64,000 nt of DNA from assembly GCA_966211875.1 (NCBI GenBank), contig CBIHNP010000009.1:29233-93232 (forward strand), in the 5' to 3' direction. Source of the DNA: an uncultured Bacteriovoracaceae bacterium. Its GTDB lineage: Bacteria; Bdellovibrionota; Bacteriovoracia; Bacteriovoracales; Bacteriovoracaceae. Position 1 is the first letter of the stretch. Every line of letters starts with the position of its first letter. Below the pieces are notes generated by a model. The model searched no databases and was not told the origin of the DNA. It saw nothing but the letters and a program-made list of their open reading frames with translations. Shown here piece by piece: positions 48,218 to 57,726 of this stretch. A program made the position numbers and the translations under genes.

Positions 48218-48625
48218 CTACACTCCAAGGATTGATTTCTTGGCTTTTGAGAACTCCTCTTCTGTAATTACTCCTTCAGTTCTTAAGAGATCAAGCTCTC
48301 TGATCTTGTCAGCAGGAGAAACTGCATCAGCTTTGCTTAAAATGCTTTGAAGCTTGTTTGCAACTTGAATTTCAATAGCTGGTTTCAGATTAGCAACTGT
48401 ATCAATTCCGCTAAGAATCTTTCTCTTAGATTCATTTTCAACTGCAACATCTTCAGCTTCTTCGGTCTTTGATCTGATACGCTTATAAAAAGCATGACCA
48501 CCAACTCCTACAATAAGTGCAAGTCCCAAAAATAGAACTTTTCCAACAGGATTCGTATTTACCAATGACAAAACTGCAAAAGTTACCATTAGCACCCGAG
48601 AAATGATTAAGACAAAGCGATTCAT
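48218..48625 (-). CDS. 2-TM protein with a C-terminal SHOCT domain
   Basis: AGGAGAG SD. C-terminus IRELDLLRTEGVITEEEFSKAKKSIL fits the SHOCT pattern. Confidence 0.6.
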   Translation of the reverse strand: MNRFVLIISRVLMVTFAVLSLVNTNPVGKVLFLGLALIVGVGGHAFYKRIRSKTEEAEDVAVENESKRKILSGIDTVANLKPAIEIQVANKLQSILSKADAVSPADKIRELDLLRTEGVITEEEFSKAKKSILGV

Positions 48626-48661
48626 TTAAACTCTCCTGCTTCTTAATATGAAACTGCTGCT

Positions 48662-49114
48662 TTAGTGAACTAATCGGAAGGAAGCATAGTATGTTGTTTG
48701 ACCAAGAAATTTATCTTGCCTGAAATAACAATAAGCCACTTCGTACTTAATCTGAGTTTCAGATGTTGCAATCATTCTAGTTATATTGGAATTTGCCTTT
48801 TGAACCCGTTTGATATCCCAAGATGCTTTGGAGTTATAAAAATAATCAAGAGCTGCTTTAAGGTCATCTGCCCTAACGGTAATGACCTCTTCTGGATTTG
48901 ATACTTTATTTTCAAAACAACTCAATTCACTATTTCTAACGATAGCTAAGAATGGTTTTTTAGATTCATAAGTAATGTCGTCTTTAATGACGACTTCTTT
49001 GAAGTAAATTTCTTCTCTATGCCCAAATCTCTCAAGTGAAGAAGAACTACATGAGCATACACTAATGCCAATTACCATTAGTAAAAAGAGCATTAATGTA
49101 TGCTTGCAATTCAA
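48662..49114 (-). CDS. hypothetical lipoprotein
   Basis: Lipobox GISVCSC and a TTG start. ATG 49093 is an alternative. Confidence 0.5.
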   Translation of the reverse strand: MNCKHTLMLFLLMVIGISVCSCSSSSLERFGHREEIYFKEVVIKDDITYESKKPFLAIVRNSELSCFENKVSNPEEVITVRADDLKAALDYFYNSKASWDIKRVQKANSNITRMIATSETQIKYEVAYCYFRQDKFLGQTTYYASFRLVH

Positions 49115-49123
49115 CTTTAAATC

Positions 49124-49774
49124 CTAATGAGCAGAGCTTGTTGTTTCTGTTACATTGGAAGATTGCGGCTCAAGCACCTTGTCCATCAATTGCTTCTTTA
49201 GCAAATCCTGAATGGCACTTTGCTCTTTCACGCCGTACTTCTTATCGAGCGTATATTTGTACGCCTTCATCAGGTCAGAAGCGGGAACTCTTACAATAAC
49301 TCTGCATTCTTTAGTGTAGTCGTAATTCAGATTATGATTTGGAGTTGCATATTTCACACACTGTGCATCTTTAAAGTTACTAGTTAAGCCTGTTAAAGCT
49401 TTTACCTCTGTAACGGTTATGCCTATATTCTCAACGTTGCCGTTATCACCAGTAGAAGTTGATATTGCACTTTGAATAATCTTTTTAAATTCTGTAGGTG
49501 CGCTATTTAATAATCTTGAGCGAGCGTCAGCTTCAGCGAGAGTCTGCATTTGCTTTTCATTCTTATCAACAACATCAGTTACTGAAGCAATGGCAACAAA
49601 ATCAGATCCTACTAAGCCGTCTTTTTCAAACCTAGAATCAAAATCATTACCAATTACTTTGCGTGGCTTATTCATGTGTTCAACCACTAGATCGTTTTGT
49701 TCATCAGTTTTACTCTTTGGAACAGAAGAGCATGAGGCCAATGTAACCAATCCAATAATTAATAAATATTTCAT
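49124..49774 (-). CDS. hypothetical lipoprotein (LPP20-like, weak)
   Basis: AAGGAG SD and lipobox LVTLASCSS. Confidence 0.55.
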   Translation of the reverse strand: MKYLLIIGLVTLASCSSVPKSKTDEQNDLVVEHMNKPRKVIGNDFDSRFEKDGLVGSDFVAIASVTDVVDKNEKQMQTLAEADARSRLLNSAPTEFKKIIQSAISTSTGDNGNVENIGITVTEVKALTGLTSNFKDAQCVKYATPNHNLNYDYTKECRVIVRVPASDLMKAYKYTLDKKYGVKEQSAIQDLLKKQLMDKVLEPQSSNVTETTSSAH

Positions 49775-49797
49775 TTTGTCTCCTTTATATGGAAAGA

Positions 49798-50094
49798 TTA
49801 TTCATCTTCCCCATCTTTTTTAACAAGTTTTGTAATTGATATTTTATAGTGGCCACTGTGGATCAGTGCCTCTGTAAATAACTCTTCAACAGACGCTTTG
49901 GGCTTACGACCAAAAGCCAGCTCATCAACCGTTAGCTTAAAATAACTCGCAACCTTTTCAAGTTGATAAATATTAGGAGCTGTCCCTGCAATCCACTGCT
50001 GAATTGTGCTTCTTGGAACATCAACTCTATTTGCAAGTTCTGCAACAGAGAGATTGTGAGATTTCAATAAAGCCTTCAGCTTCTTATCGAGCAT
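49798..50094 (-). CDS. XRE-family helix-turn-helix regulator
   Basis: LSVAELANRVDVPRSTIQQWIAG HTH. ATG 50094 is preferred over the GTG at 50103. Confidence 0.8.
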   Translation of the reverse strand: MLDKKLKALLKSHNLSVAELANRVDVPRSTIQQWIAGTAPNIYQLEKVASYFKLTVDELAFGRKPKASVEELFTEALIHSGHYKISITKLVKKDGEDE

Positions 50095-50321
50095 AAAAAA
50101 CACCTACCTGTATTTTATTATCGGACACATTGAACCTGTTTATAGACAAAGCTTTACTTGCGGCTGACATAGCCATGATTAAAGCAAAACCAAGAGATAC
50201 TGCCATGATTACGACACGGTCTTTATTTTAAATTAACAATCAATGACAACTTTTTGAGTGAGCTTACGTCAGTAAACATATGGATAATGAGCGTGACCAT
50301 GCCACTCAGAATGGCTAATGG

Positions 50322-50909
50322 TCAGGGCTTTTTTGAGTGCTTCTTTATTGCTGTTGAAATTGATCCTTGTGAGATATTTAGCAGCTCACTAATTTCTTTG
50401 TATGTGTATCCTTCATTTCTTAATTTCAAAATAAGTTCGTAATTAATTATCGAAGGTCTTCCAATCTGTTTTCCTTTGGCGCGAGCATTGGTGATACCAT
50501 TGCGAACTCTCTCTGAGATTAGGTCTCTTTCAAGCATTGCTATTGCGGAAATGATAGTGAACATTGCTTTTCCGATTGCGCTAGAGAGGTCAACATTTTC
50601 GCTGAGACTAATAAAGTTAACCTTTAGTCGTCCAAACTCTTCAAGTGTATCAAGTAAGAATTTTGTACTTCTAGCGAATCTGCTAAATGAATACACAATC
50701 ACTGTATCAATTGTACCTGCTCTGACTTCTATCATTAGCTTATCCAACTCTGGTCTTGATGATTTTGTTCCTGATACTCCTGAGTCTTCAAAAGATTTAA
50801 TAACAGTAATGTCTCGCGCTTTACAATATTCCTCTAGTGCTCTCTTTTGTGACTGTAATCCATTTTGCTGTTTATCAGTACTTGTTCTGCAATATGTACA
50901 AGCTTTCAT
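50322..50909 (-). CDS. small serine recombinase (resolvase/invertase family)
   Basis: N-terminal catalytic YCRTSTDKQ, a resolvase core and a C-terminal HTH GYTYKEISELLNISQGSI. Confidence 0.9.
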   Translation of the reverse strand: MKACTYCRTSTDKQQNGLQSQKRALEEYCKARDITVIKSFEDSGVSGTKSSRPELDKLMIEVRAGTIDTVIVYSFSRFARSTKFLLDTLEEFGRLKVNFISLSENVDLSSAIGKAMFTIISAIAMLERDLISERVRNGITNARAKGKQIGRPSIINYELILKLRNEGYTYKEISELLNISQGSISTAIKKHSKKP

Positions 50910-51022
50910 GAATCTCCTTAATGTTAATTATAGAGATGAGCCGTAGGCGACTCATCCCCATTGGCAGTTAAGCCATTAATTAAAAATCGTTAGATTTTGT
51001 ATTGCGATAGCAAGTTGAAGCG

Positions 51023-52354
51023 TTAGCTGAAACTTACTCCTTTACGAGAGTGCATCTTTGCACGGTTGCGGAGTAGATTATTTTTCAATAAATGATAAAT
51101 GTCCTTTTTATCTGAATTGATTCTGAATCCTGAATAACCCCAAAGCACACGAAATAATTCTTCCAGCTCTGAATAACCAATTAAGTGAAAATCGACAAAT
51201 TCTCCATTATTAATTTTATTAATTAATTCAATTATCGGTGTTTGATGTGTCTTAATGGTTGCAAATGAATCTTTTGTCACTAGAGCTTTGATTTGCAAAT
51301 AGATATTCAGTTTATCGATTTTCAAAATATGTTTATCTGTTAAAAACATTACCTGTCTAAGAAGTTCGATGTCTTGCTGAAAAATATAATCCAAATCAAT
51401 CGGCCCATCATTAATTCTTGCTATTAATCGAATTGCTTGAGAGTACTTATCACTAAAAAGATTCTTACTTTTTACTTTAATTCTTTCCTTAATCTCAATT
51501 AGGCGTAAGTTTTGATTTTCAAGCTCTTCCAATTCTAGGTCACGCAAGCGTTCATGAGTATATTGCCAATGTCCAATTGCTGATCTTCCAAAGTTTGGAA
51601 ATGTGCCATATAGAATATTCTCTTGAATTTCTGATTCTATAAAATCAAAAATGCTATCTCTCTCAGTTTCATTTTCAGAAAACGAAGGTATTGCAAGCAT
51701 GATATTATTGTACTCATCGTTTAATGGAACAAGCTCTTTGGCTTCACCTGGCTGATAAATCTTTTCACCTACAACTTGGGCCAATGGCTCACCGTAAAAG
51801 CAAACCCTGATAATTGGTGACCACTTAAACCCTAAAGCTTCTACTTGTTTTGCAATTCCTTCAGGTGAACTGAGTTCATCTACGTTAACTAGTAGGGAGC
51901 TATTTGTTGACTTCCATTTGATTACTGTATTGCCTCTGACATCTACTTGTTCAGAATGATAAATCTGTACAAATCCCTTTATTATATTTGGGACAGAGGT
52001 GTCCTCGTCCAAATAATATTGTTTTGGATTTTCAAAATATTCTTCAGCGATATCCATTAGAAGATCAAACTCATCTATATCAGGCGCGCCTTCATTTAAT
52101 ATAAAAAAATCATTCGCTTCTCTTTGTTGAATATCAAACTCTGTGTCTAGATTGTAAATTGAGCTTCCTTCTAAGTACTGAATTGATTCCTTGTCCTCCT
52201 CAACAAAGAAAACTTCAGAAAGAACTTCGTCCCAAAGATTTAATAACTCTAAATCATCAGTGTCATGTGTGTTGTCAGTGTCATCACTTGCAAACTTGAA
52301 ACGAAATTCTCCATCTTCATAGCGAATAGAAACATTTCTCTTTACCTGTGACAT
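51023..52354 (-). CDS. 443-aa acidic hypothetical protein
   Basis: TAGGAG SD. No motif recognised. The N-terminal half is rich in D/E. Confidence 0.6.
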   Translation of the reverse strand: MSQVKRNVSIRYEDGEFRFKFASDDTDNTHDTDDLELLNLWDEVLSEVFFVEEDKESIQYLEGSSIYNLDTEFDIQQREANDFFILNEGAPDIDEFDLLMDIAEEYFENPKQYYLDEDTSVPNIIKGFVQIYHSEQVDVRGNTVIKWKSTNSSLLVNVDELSSPEGIAKQVEALGFKWSPIIRVCFYGEPLAQVVGEKIYQPGEAKELVPLNDEYNNIMLAIPSFSENETERDSIFDFIESEIQENILYGTFPNFGRSAIGHWQYTHERLRDLELEELENQNLRLIEIKERIKVKSKNLFSDKYSQAIRLIARINDGPIDLDYIFQQDIELLRQVMFLTDKHILKIDKLNIYLQIKALVTKDSFATIKTHQTPIIELINKINNGEFVDFHLIGYSELEELFRVLWGYSGFRINSDKKDIYHLLKNNLLRNRAKMHSRKGVSFS

Positions 52355-52993
52355 AGAAAACTCCTAAGATGACCCCCGGGTACCTCGAAATGAGGTTCCA
52401 TAAACGCGTTTCCGAGCAGTCGTCACCTGGTCTACATAGGCAGTTTTTTTTGGTAAAGGTTTTGCACTTCTTAATGGTTAAATGGATTAAGAGACGATAA
52501 TTATGGATTTTTTATTTTTTTTATTTTTCTATAGCAATTCCATGTTAGAAATTAAGTACAGCATGCCTAGCATGCAAGTAATTATCTAGAGGTTTTAACT
52601 GGAACAGGTACTAACAAATATCAACAAGATTTCACAAGGGAGAGACAGAAAACTTCCAAAGATCATGCTTCCCCATGAGAGCCTACTTCTCATGTTTGAG
52701 CAAATGTCGAAAGCGCTACCTGATTTACCTTCTGCACTTCTTGAGTTTTCAAATCGTTTAAATCAATCTAAACAATTAATCGCCAAACAAGTTATTCAAC
52801 TTGGACATCTTAGAATTTCTCAACAGGTCACTTACTTCAAAACCGGCACTCCTTCAGAACTTTTGTTCGCTTCTCACTAATAATCCTTATTCTTGTCTAG
52901 TTTTTAAGTCATTGCATCTCTAGTGAGAGGCAATCCTTAATCCATTAATGAAAAAAATGAGAGTATCTAGAAATACTCTAAAAAGGATTATTT

Positions 52994-54472
52994 ATGTCAC
53001 CAAGCTTATTACAAACAGCAATGCTATATATGGACTTACGTAAATTACTCAGTGAAGTTGGAAATAACAAAATGTTATATCACAAGAAATCATTTTGGAT
53101 TTACAAGAACCGCAAATGGATAAAGCATTACTCCTCTGACATATTCAATGACATCATCTCACTAGCTAAAGCTGATCCTACGTTTTTAACCGATACAAGT
53201 GAATACAAGGTAAAGAATATAGTTAAAAACCTTCAAGCTATATGCTCAGTAGACAATTTAGAGTTCGGTACATTTATTGGTGTTGAAAAATCAGCTAATG
53301 ATAACTTTATTCCATTGCAAAATGGAATATTGAGAATCAGAAGAATGCAGAATAAGATTGAATATGTGTTATTGCCTCATACACATGAGTTTTTCTCTCC
53401 GTACATATTACCTTATGAATATAATCCAGATGCAAAAGGAAAAATCTTTCTAGATTTATTGTCTGAAATCCTTGAGCCAGATCAGGTGAAATTACTTAGA
53501 CAGTGGTTTGGCTACTGCTTAATACCTGTAACTCTCGCAGAGAAATTTTTTATTGCCCATGGTGGGGGGTCCAACGGAAAATCAGTCATTCTTATTTTGC
53601 TTGCACTTCTTGTTGGTGAAGAAAATGTATCACGTGTTCTTTTGCAAGGATTTGTTGCAGATTCAGACTTCACTGCCGCTGACACCGTTAATAAGTTAAT
53701 CAACATCGTTCACGAAGTTGATGAAATGGATGCTATCCCTACTGGTTTCTTAAAAGAATTTGTTTCAGGTGAACAAATGCGCTGTAATGAAAAGTTTAAG
53801 CCAGCATATCTATTCAAGCCAACTGCAAGATTGATGTTTTCAACAAACAAAATCCCAATGTTTAAAGATAATTCATACGGATTTTTAAAACGACTTATTA
53901 TTTTAGAATTTCCTAAACAATTCGTTGGTGCCCAAAAAGATACTAGATTTAAGAGAGCTGATTTCTGGATTAGTTCTGGCGAACTACCTGCAATTTTCAA
54001 CTGGGCACTAGAAGGTTTAAATGAATTGATTATGAATGATTGGGAATTTGATATTCCTGAAAGTGTAAATAAGGCCATTGAGAGTTTTAAAGAATCTGTT
54101 GAACCAGCGTTGGAATTCCTAAAGGATAATATTGAAGCTTCTCCCGGAAGCGAAATGACAGCTAATGAACTATACAAGAGCTACAAAAGTTACTGTGCTA
54201 TGTATGGATATAACAAAGCAACAGCAAGAGAATTCTCCAAAACAGTTAGAAAAGCATTTCCTCAAGCAGTTCGTACTGAAAATGCTCATGTCCGTCGTGG
54301 TGTAAGATCGCGTTTGTGGTTAAATATTAGATTCATTCAAAACAATCCTTCAGAGTCTCAAGCTTTAACACCTCAGACACCTGAAACACAGACTATTTCT
54401 TCTGAATTAATTAACACACACTCAGAAATTCAATCAGAGGAGGTTTTGCGTGCAAGCATTAAAGCCTCATAA
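52994..54472 (+). CDS. phage/plasmid primase, P4-family C-terminal (D5-type NTPase) protein
   Basis: Walker A context FIAHGGGSNGKSVILILLALLVGEEN and overall TIGR01613-like layout. Confidence 0.8.
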   Translation: MSPSLLQTAMLYMDLRKLLSEVGNNKMLYHKKSFWIYKNRKWIKHYSSDIFNDIISLAKADPTFLTDTSEYKVKNIVKNLQAICSVDNLEFGTFIGVEKSANDNFIPLQNGILRIRRMQNKIEYVLLPHTHEFFSPYILPYEYNPDAKGKIFLDLLSEILEPDQVKLLRQWFGYCLIPVTLAEKFFIAHGGGSNGKSVILILLALLVGEENVSRVLLQGFVADSDFTAADTVNKLINIVHEVDEMDAIPTGFLKEFVSGEQMRCNEKFKPAYLFKPTARLMFSTNKIPMFKDNSYGFLKRLIILEFPKQFVGAQKDTRFKRADFWISSGELPAIFNWALEGLNELIMNDWEFDIPESVNKAIESFKESVEPALEFLKDNIEASPGSEMTANELYKSYKSYCAMYGYNKATAREFSKTVRKAFPQAVRTENAHVRRGVRSRLWLNIRFIQNNPSESQALTPQTPETQTISSELINTHSEIQSEEVLRASIKAS

Positions 54473-54638
54473 TAAAAAGCTTGTTGAAATTAAATTATCT
54501 GAGGATGAATTAAAATCTTTAGTAGAGCTTTTCTACTGGTTAAAAACTATTCGCGATAATAACACCCAAGTAGATACTCTCGAACCAAATTATTTCTTGA
54601 ATTATACCGATAATGAGATAGAAAGATTGGTGGGGTAA
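54450..54638 (+). CDS. 62-aa hypothetical protein
   Basis: GTG start with a strong GGAGG SD 7 nt upstream. Overlaps the primase end and ends 4 nt before the recombinase. Confidence 0.45.
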   Translation: MQALKPHNKKLVEIKLSEDELKSLVELFYWLKTIRDNNTQVDTLEPNYFLNYTDNEIERLVG

Positions 54639-54642
54639 TTTT

Positions 54643-56196
54643 ATGAATCCAAATATTTTGTATAACAATAAAGATGCAACAGTAATTATTAGAATTTCAA
54701 GTGGGAGGCAAGCTGATGGCTTGTCTCCTGATGTACAACGAGATGAAATACAGTCTTACTGTAAAAAACTTGGTCTTAATCCAGTTAAAGAGTTTTGCAT
54801 TATTGAGAGTGCTAAGGATTCAAAGAATAGAGTTAAGTATAACGATGCCCTTCGCTACACAGAAAAGAATAAAATTGGAAATATTATCTTCTACATGATG
54901 GATAGAGAAGCGCGAAACTTTACTGACCTTGAAGCTAATGAAGCTAAAGTTATGAAAGGAGTTTTTAATATCCACTACGCTAAGGAAAATTACATTTTAC
55001 ATCGTGATACCTCCGACTCTGATCTACTAACAAGAAGCTTTTCTGGGATAATGAATAAGCAGTACTCCAAAATCCTAAGTACTAAAGTTAATGATGGTAT
55101 GACTAAGAAAGCTGAGGGGGGTTGGTATCCAAGTAATAACCCTCCACTTGGTTATGTCTGTCAAAAAGCAACTGATACCGATAGTGGGAGAATAAAAAAC
55201 AGAGGTGGAACCATTGTTCTTGATCCTAATGAACTTAATAGAAAAATTGTCTCTCGTGAATTTGAACTCAGAGCTAATGGTTTATCATTTGAGAAAATCA
55301 GAGAACAAGTTATTTCAGATGGATTAATCAGTGGTAATGCCATAAAAAAATACAGAGCATGTTCGATTCAGCGTAGATTGCAAAATCCATTTTATCGAGG
55401 TCAGTTTACTTGGAAAGATACTTTGTACGATGGAAAACATGAAATCTTTATTCCTAAGCATATTCTTATAAAGGTTGATGAGTCTTTTGGATTAAGAGCT
55501 AGTGCTGTTAGAAGAGACAAGAATGAGTATACTGCTTTGACTGGTGGGTGGTTAAAGTGCGCGTGTGGCTGTCATATTGTTTATGATCCAAAGAAAAAGA
55601 TTAATCGTAAGACACAAGAGTCCCGAACCTATCACTACTATCATTGCACTAATGGTAAAAGGGTGCATGATTCGCTTTCAGGCATGAATGTTACTAACGA
55701 TCAAATTTGGATTCAACTTGGTACAGCGGTGAATGACATTCACATTTCGGAACAACTTGCTAAGGACATTTCAGAAGCTCTTAATCAGGTTGAGTCCAAG
55801 GCTCATGTTACTACGAAGAAACAAATTGAGCTTCTCCAAGTGGAAGAAGCTCTCTTTCAAACTCGTGAAGATCGACTTATTACAATGCGTATGGATGGTG
55901 AACTTGATAAGCATATTTTCGATGTACAGTTAAAGCGTATTAGAAATGATAGACAGTCTGTTATTGAGCAAATTGAAGTTCTGCAATTGAGTTTAACATC
56001 AGCAGTTGTTGAAACAGTTCAATCTGTTCTCGAACTCGCTAAGAATGCACAATCATTCTGGAATTCTCAATCCGTTAGTGAGAGGAAGAAAGTCTTAGAC
56101 ATGATTCTCTCGAACCCAGTACTTAATGGTCTAAATGTCGAATATAAATTAAAAAGACCTTTTGAGTTGTTGAAAGAAATGAAGGGAAATACAGAA

Positions 56197-56226
<30 letters not shown>
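54643..56226 (+). CDS. large serine recombinase (integrase)
   Basis: Catalytic VIIRISSGRQ, a recombinase domain, zinc-ribbon LKCACGCH...YYHCTNG and a C-terminal coiled coil. The last 30 nt overlap tRNA-Arg. Confidence 0.9.
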
Positions 56227-56273
<47 letters not shown>

Positions 56274-56409
56274 AGAAAATAATCGGTGAAGTGAAAAGTA
56301 ATGGTTCAGCACCTTAATGTCAAGCGAAAGATTGCCTTTTAGGTCCTCTAAGCCCCTGGAATTTTAAATAAATCTTTGCTGATTGCAAGTTCCGGCCTAG
56401 ACTGTAGCC

Positions 56410-57726
56410 ATGACACAAGAAAAGACGAAAAGCTTTTATTCATGGGAAGAGGTGAAGGGCCATATTAAAGCGGGAACGCCGACGCTTTATCATTCTTCGC
56501 AAACTTCAACAGTCATTCCATTCGAGCATCTCGCAAAAGAATTGAATCCAACAACTGTGTTGGGAAATCTTTCGACGATTAAAGGCTCGCTTGAATTTAC
56601 AGCGGAAAAAAATTTGCTTGTGAAAGGTTTTGTGACATGGAAAGAGGCAAAGGAATTTTGTCGTTCTCACGGACGCGAGATCATGACGTCGCCGACGGAA
56701 GAACTCGCAGGAGTGCTTGCGGGAATTGCAACGAGCTGTACAGGTGAACGTTCGTTTGGATTTAAAAATCTTCGCTCGCAAATTGTGGAGCTGACTTATA
56801 TCGATCACGATGGCGCTGAAAAAAAATTATCAGCAGATAAAAAATTAAATCTCCCGATCGATCTTTCAAAATACCAACACGATTTTCTTCCATATAAAAA
56901 TTTTAAAAATGCGCCTTATCCACGTCTAGAAGTTGAAACAGATTTGATGACAGGAACAGAAGGGCAGTTGGGAATTATTTCATCGGCCGTGATTAAAACA
57001 ATTCCTTACGAAGAAGAAACGTATTTGTTTATCCTTCTTCCTAAGTGGGAAGAAAATTTTGAACCTCACCTGGAAATTTTCCACGCGGTTCAATCTTTCA
57101 GAGAACAAATTCGGGCCGTGGAATTCATCGATGCGAATTCGCTTTCGTATTTGCCACCGGAAAAAAATCCTGGGAAAAATCAAGACGTTGTTTTTCTCGA
57201 AGTTCGCAAAAAAGATTTTGAAATGATTTATGAAAATCTTTTGGCGAAACTTACGCTTGTAAACGAAGAAAATATTTTTGAAATGAATTCATCGAAATGT
57301 CGCGATCTGCGCGTAAGTGTTCCTCGCGCGATTTTCGAAATGAATACTCGTATGGGAGTAACGAAGAAGGGAACGGATGTTCAGGTGACTCCGGAAAAAT
57401 TTAGAGAGTTGATGACATTCTATCGTTCCTACACAAAACTCGGAGTTGATTATAATCTCTTCGGCCATTTCGGTGACGCTCACTTGCATTTTAATTTTAT
57501 GCCGACGCCAGATAAAAATGATTTCTGCAATAAAGAACTCGAGCGTTTGTACGCCGAAGTTTTGAAATGGCATGGATCTCCTTTTGCTGAGCACGGAATT
57601 GGTCTATTAAAGAAAAAATTTATCGCCCCTTTCTACAGCGAAAATGAGCGCATCGTTTTCAGAGAACTCAAAAAAATCTTCGACCCCAAAAAACAATTTT
57701 TCCCAGAAGGATTTATGTCATGCTAA
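56410..57726 (+). CDS. FAD-linked oxidase (GlcD/D-lactate dehydrogenase family)
   Basis: GTEGQLGIISSAVIK FAD-domain motif and C-terminal FAEHGIGLLKKKF. Confidence 0.75.
   Translation: MTQEKTKSFYSWEEVKGHIKAGTPTLYHSSQTSTVIPFEHLAKELNPTTVLGNLSTIKGSLEFTAEKNLLVKGFVTWKEAKEFCRSHGREIMTSPTEELAGVLAGIATSCTGERSFGFKNLRSQIVELTYIDHDGAEKKLSADKKLNLPIDLSKYQHDFLPYKNFKNAPYPRLEVETDLMTGTEGQLGIISSAVIKTIPYEEETYLFILLPKWEENFEPHLEIFHAVQSFREQIRAVEFIDANSLSYLPPEKNPGKNQDVVFLEVRKKDFEMIYENLLAKLTLVNEENIFEMNSSKCRDLRVSVPRAIFEMNTRMGVTKKGTDVQVTPEKFRELMTFYRSYTKLGVDYNLFGHFGDAHLHFNFMPTPDKNDFCNKELERLYAEVLKWHGSPFAEHGIGLLKKKFIAPFYSENERIVFRELKKIFDPKKQFFPEGFMSC

Noticed and set aside
50104-50321. 40-aa hydrophobic ORF (MAVSLGFALIMAMSAASKAL...) ending at the XRE start, as a possible leader peptide or small toxin
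   Set aside because: No SD and very short, so it cannot be told apart from chance in AT-rich DNA.
52375-52592. Cloning-vector-like restriction-site strings: cccgggtacc at 52375-52384, and gcatgcctagcatgcaag...tctagag at 52561-52592
   Set aside because: These are only short fragments that resemble a pUC-type polylinker. Their order and spacing do not match one, and the surrounding sequence is native-looking. Such 9-10-mers are expected by chance at roughly the 0.1 level in 64 kb.
52665-52880. 71-aa ORF upstream of the primase as a possible excisionase or AlpA-like regulator
   Set aside because: No SD before the ATG and no helix-turn-helix pattern resembling AlpA/Xis. Kept only as a note in the control-region finding.
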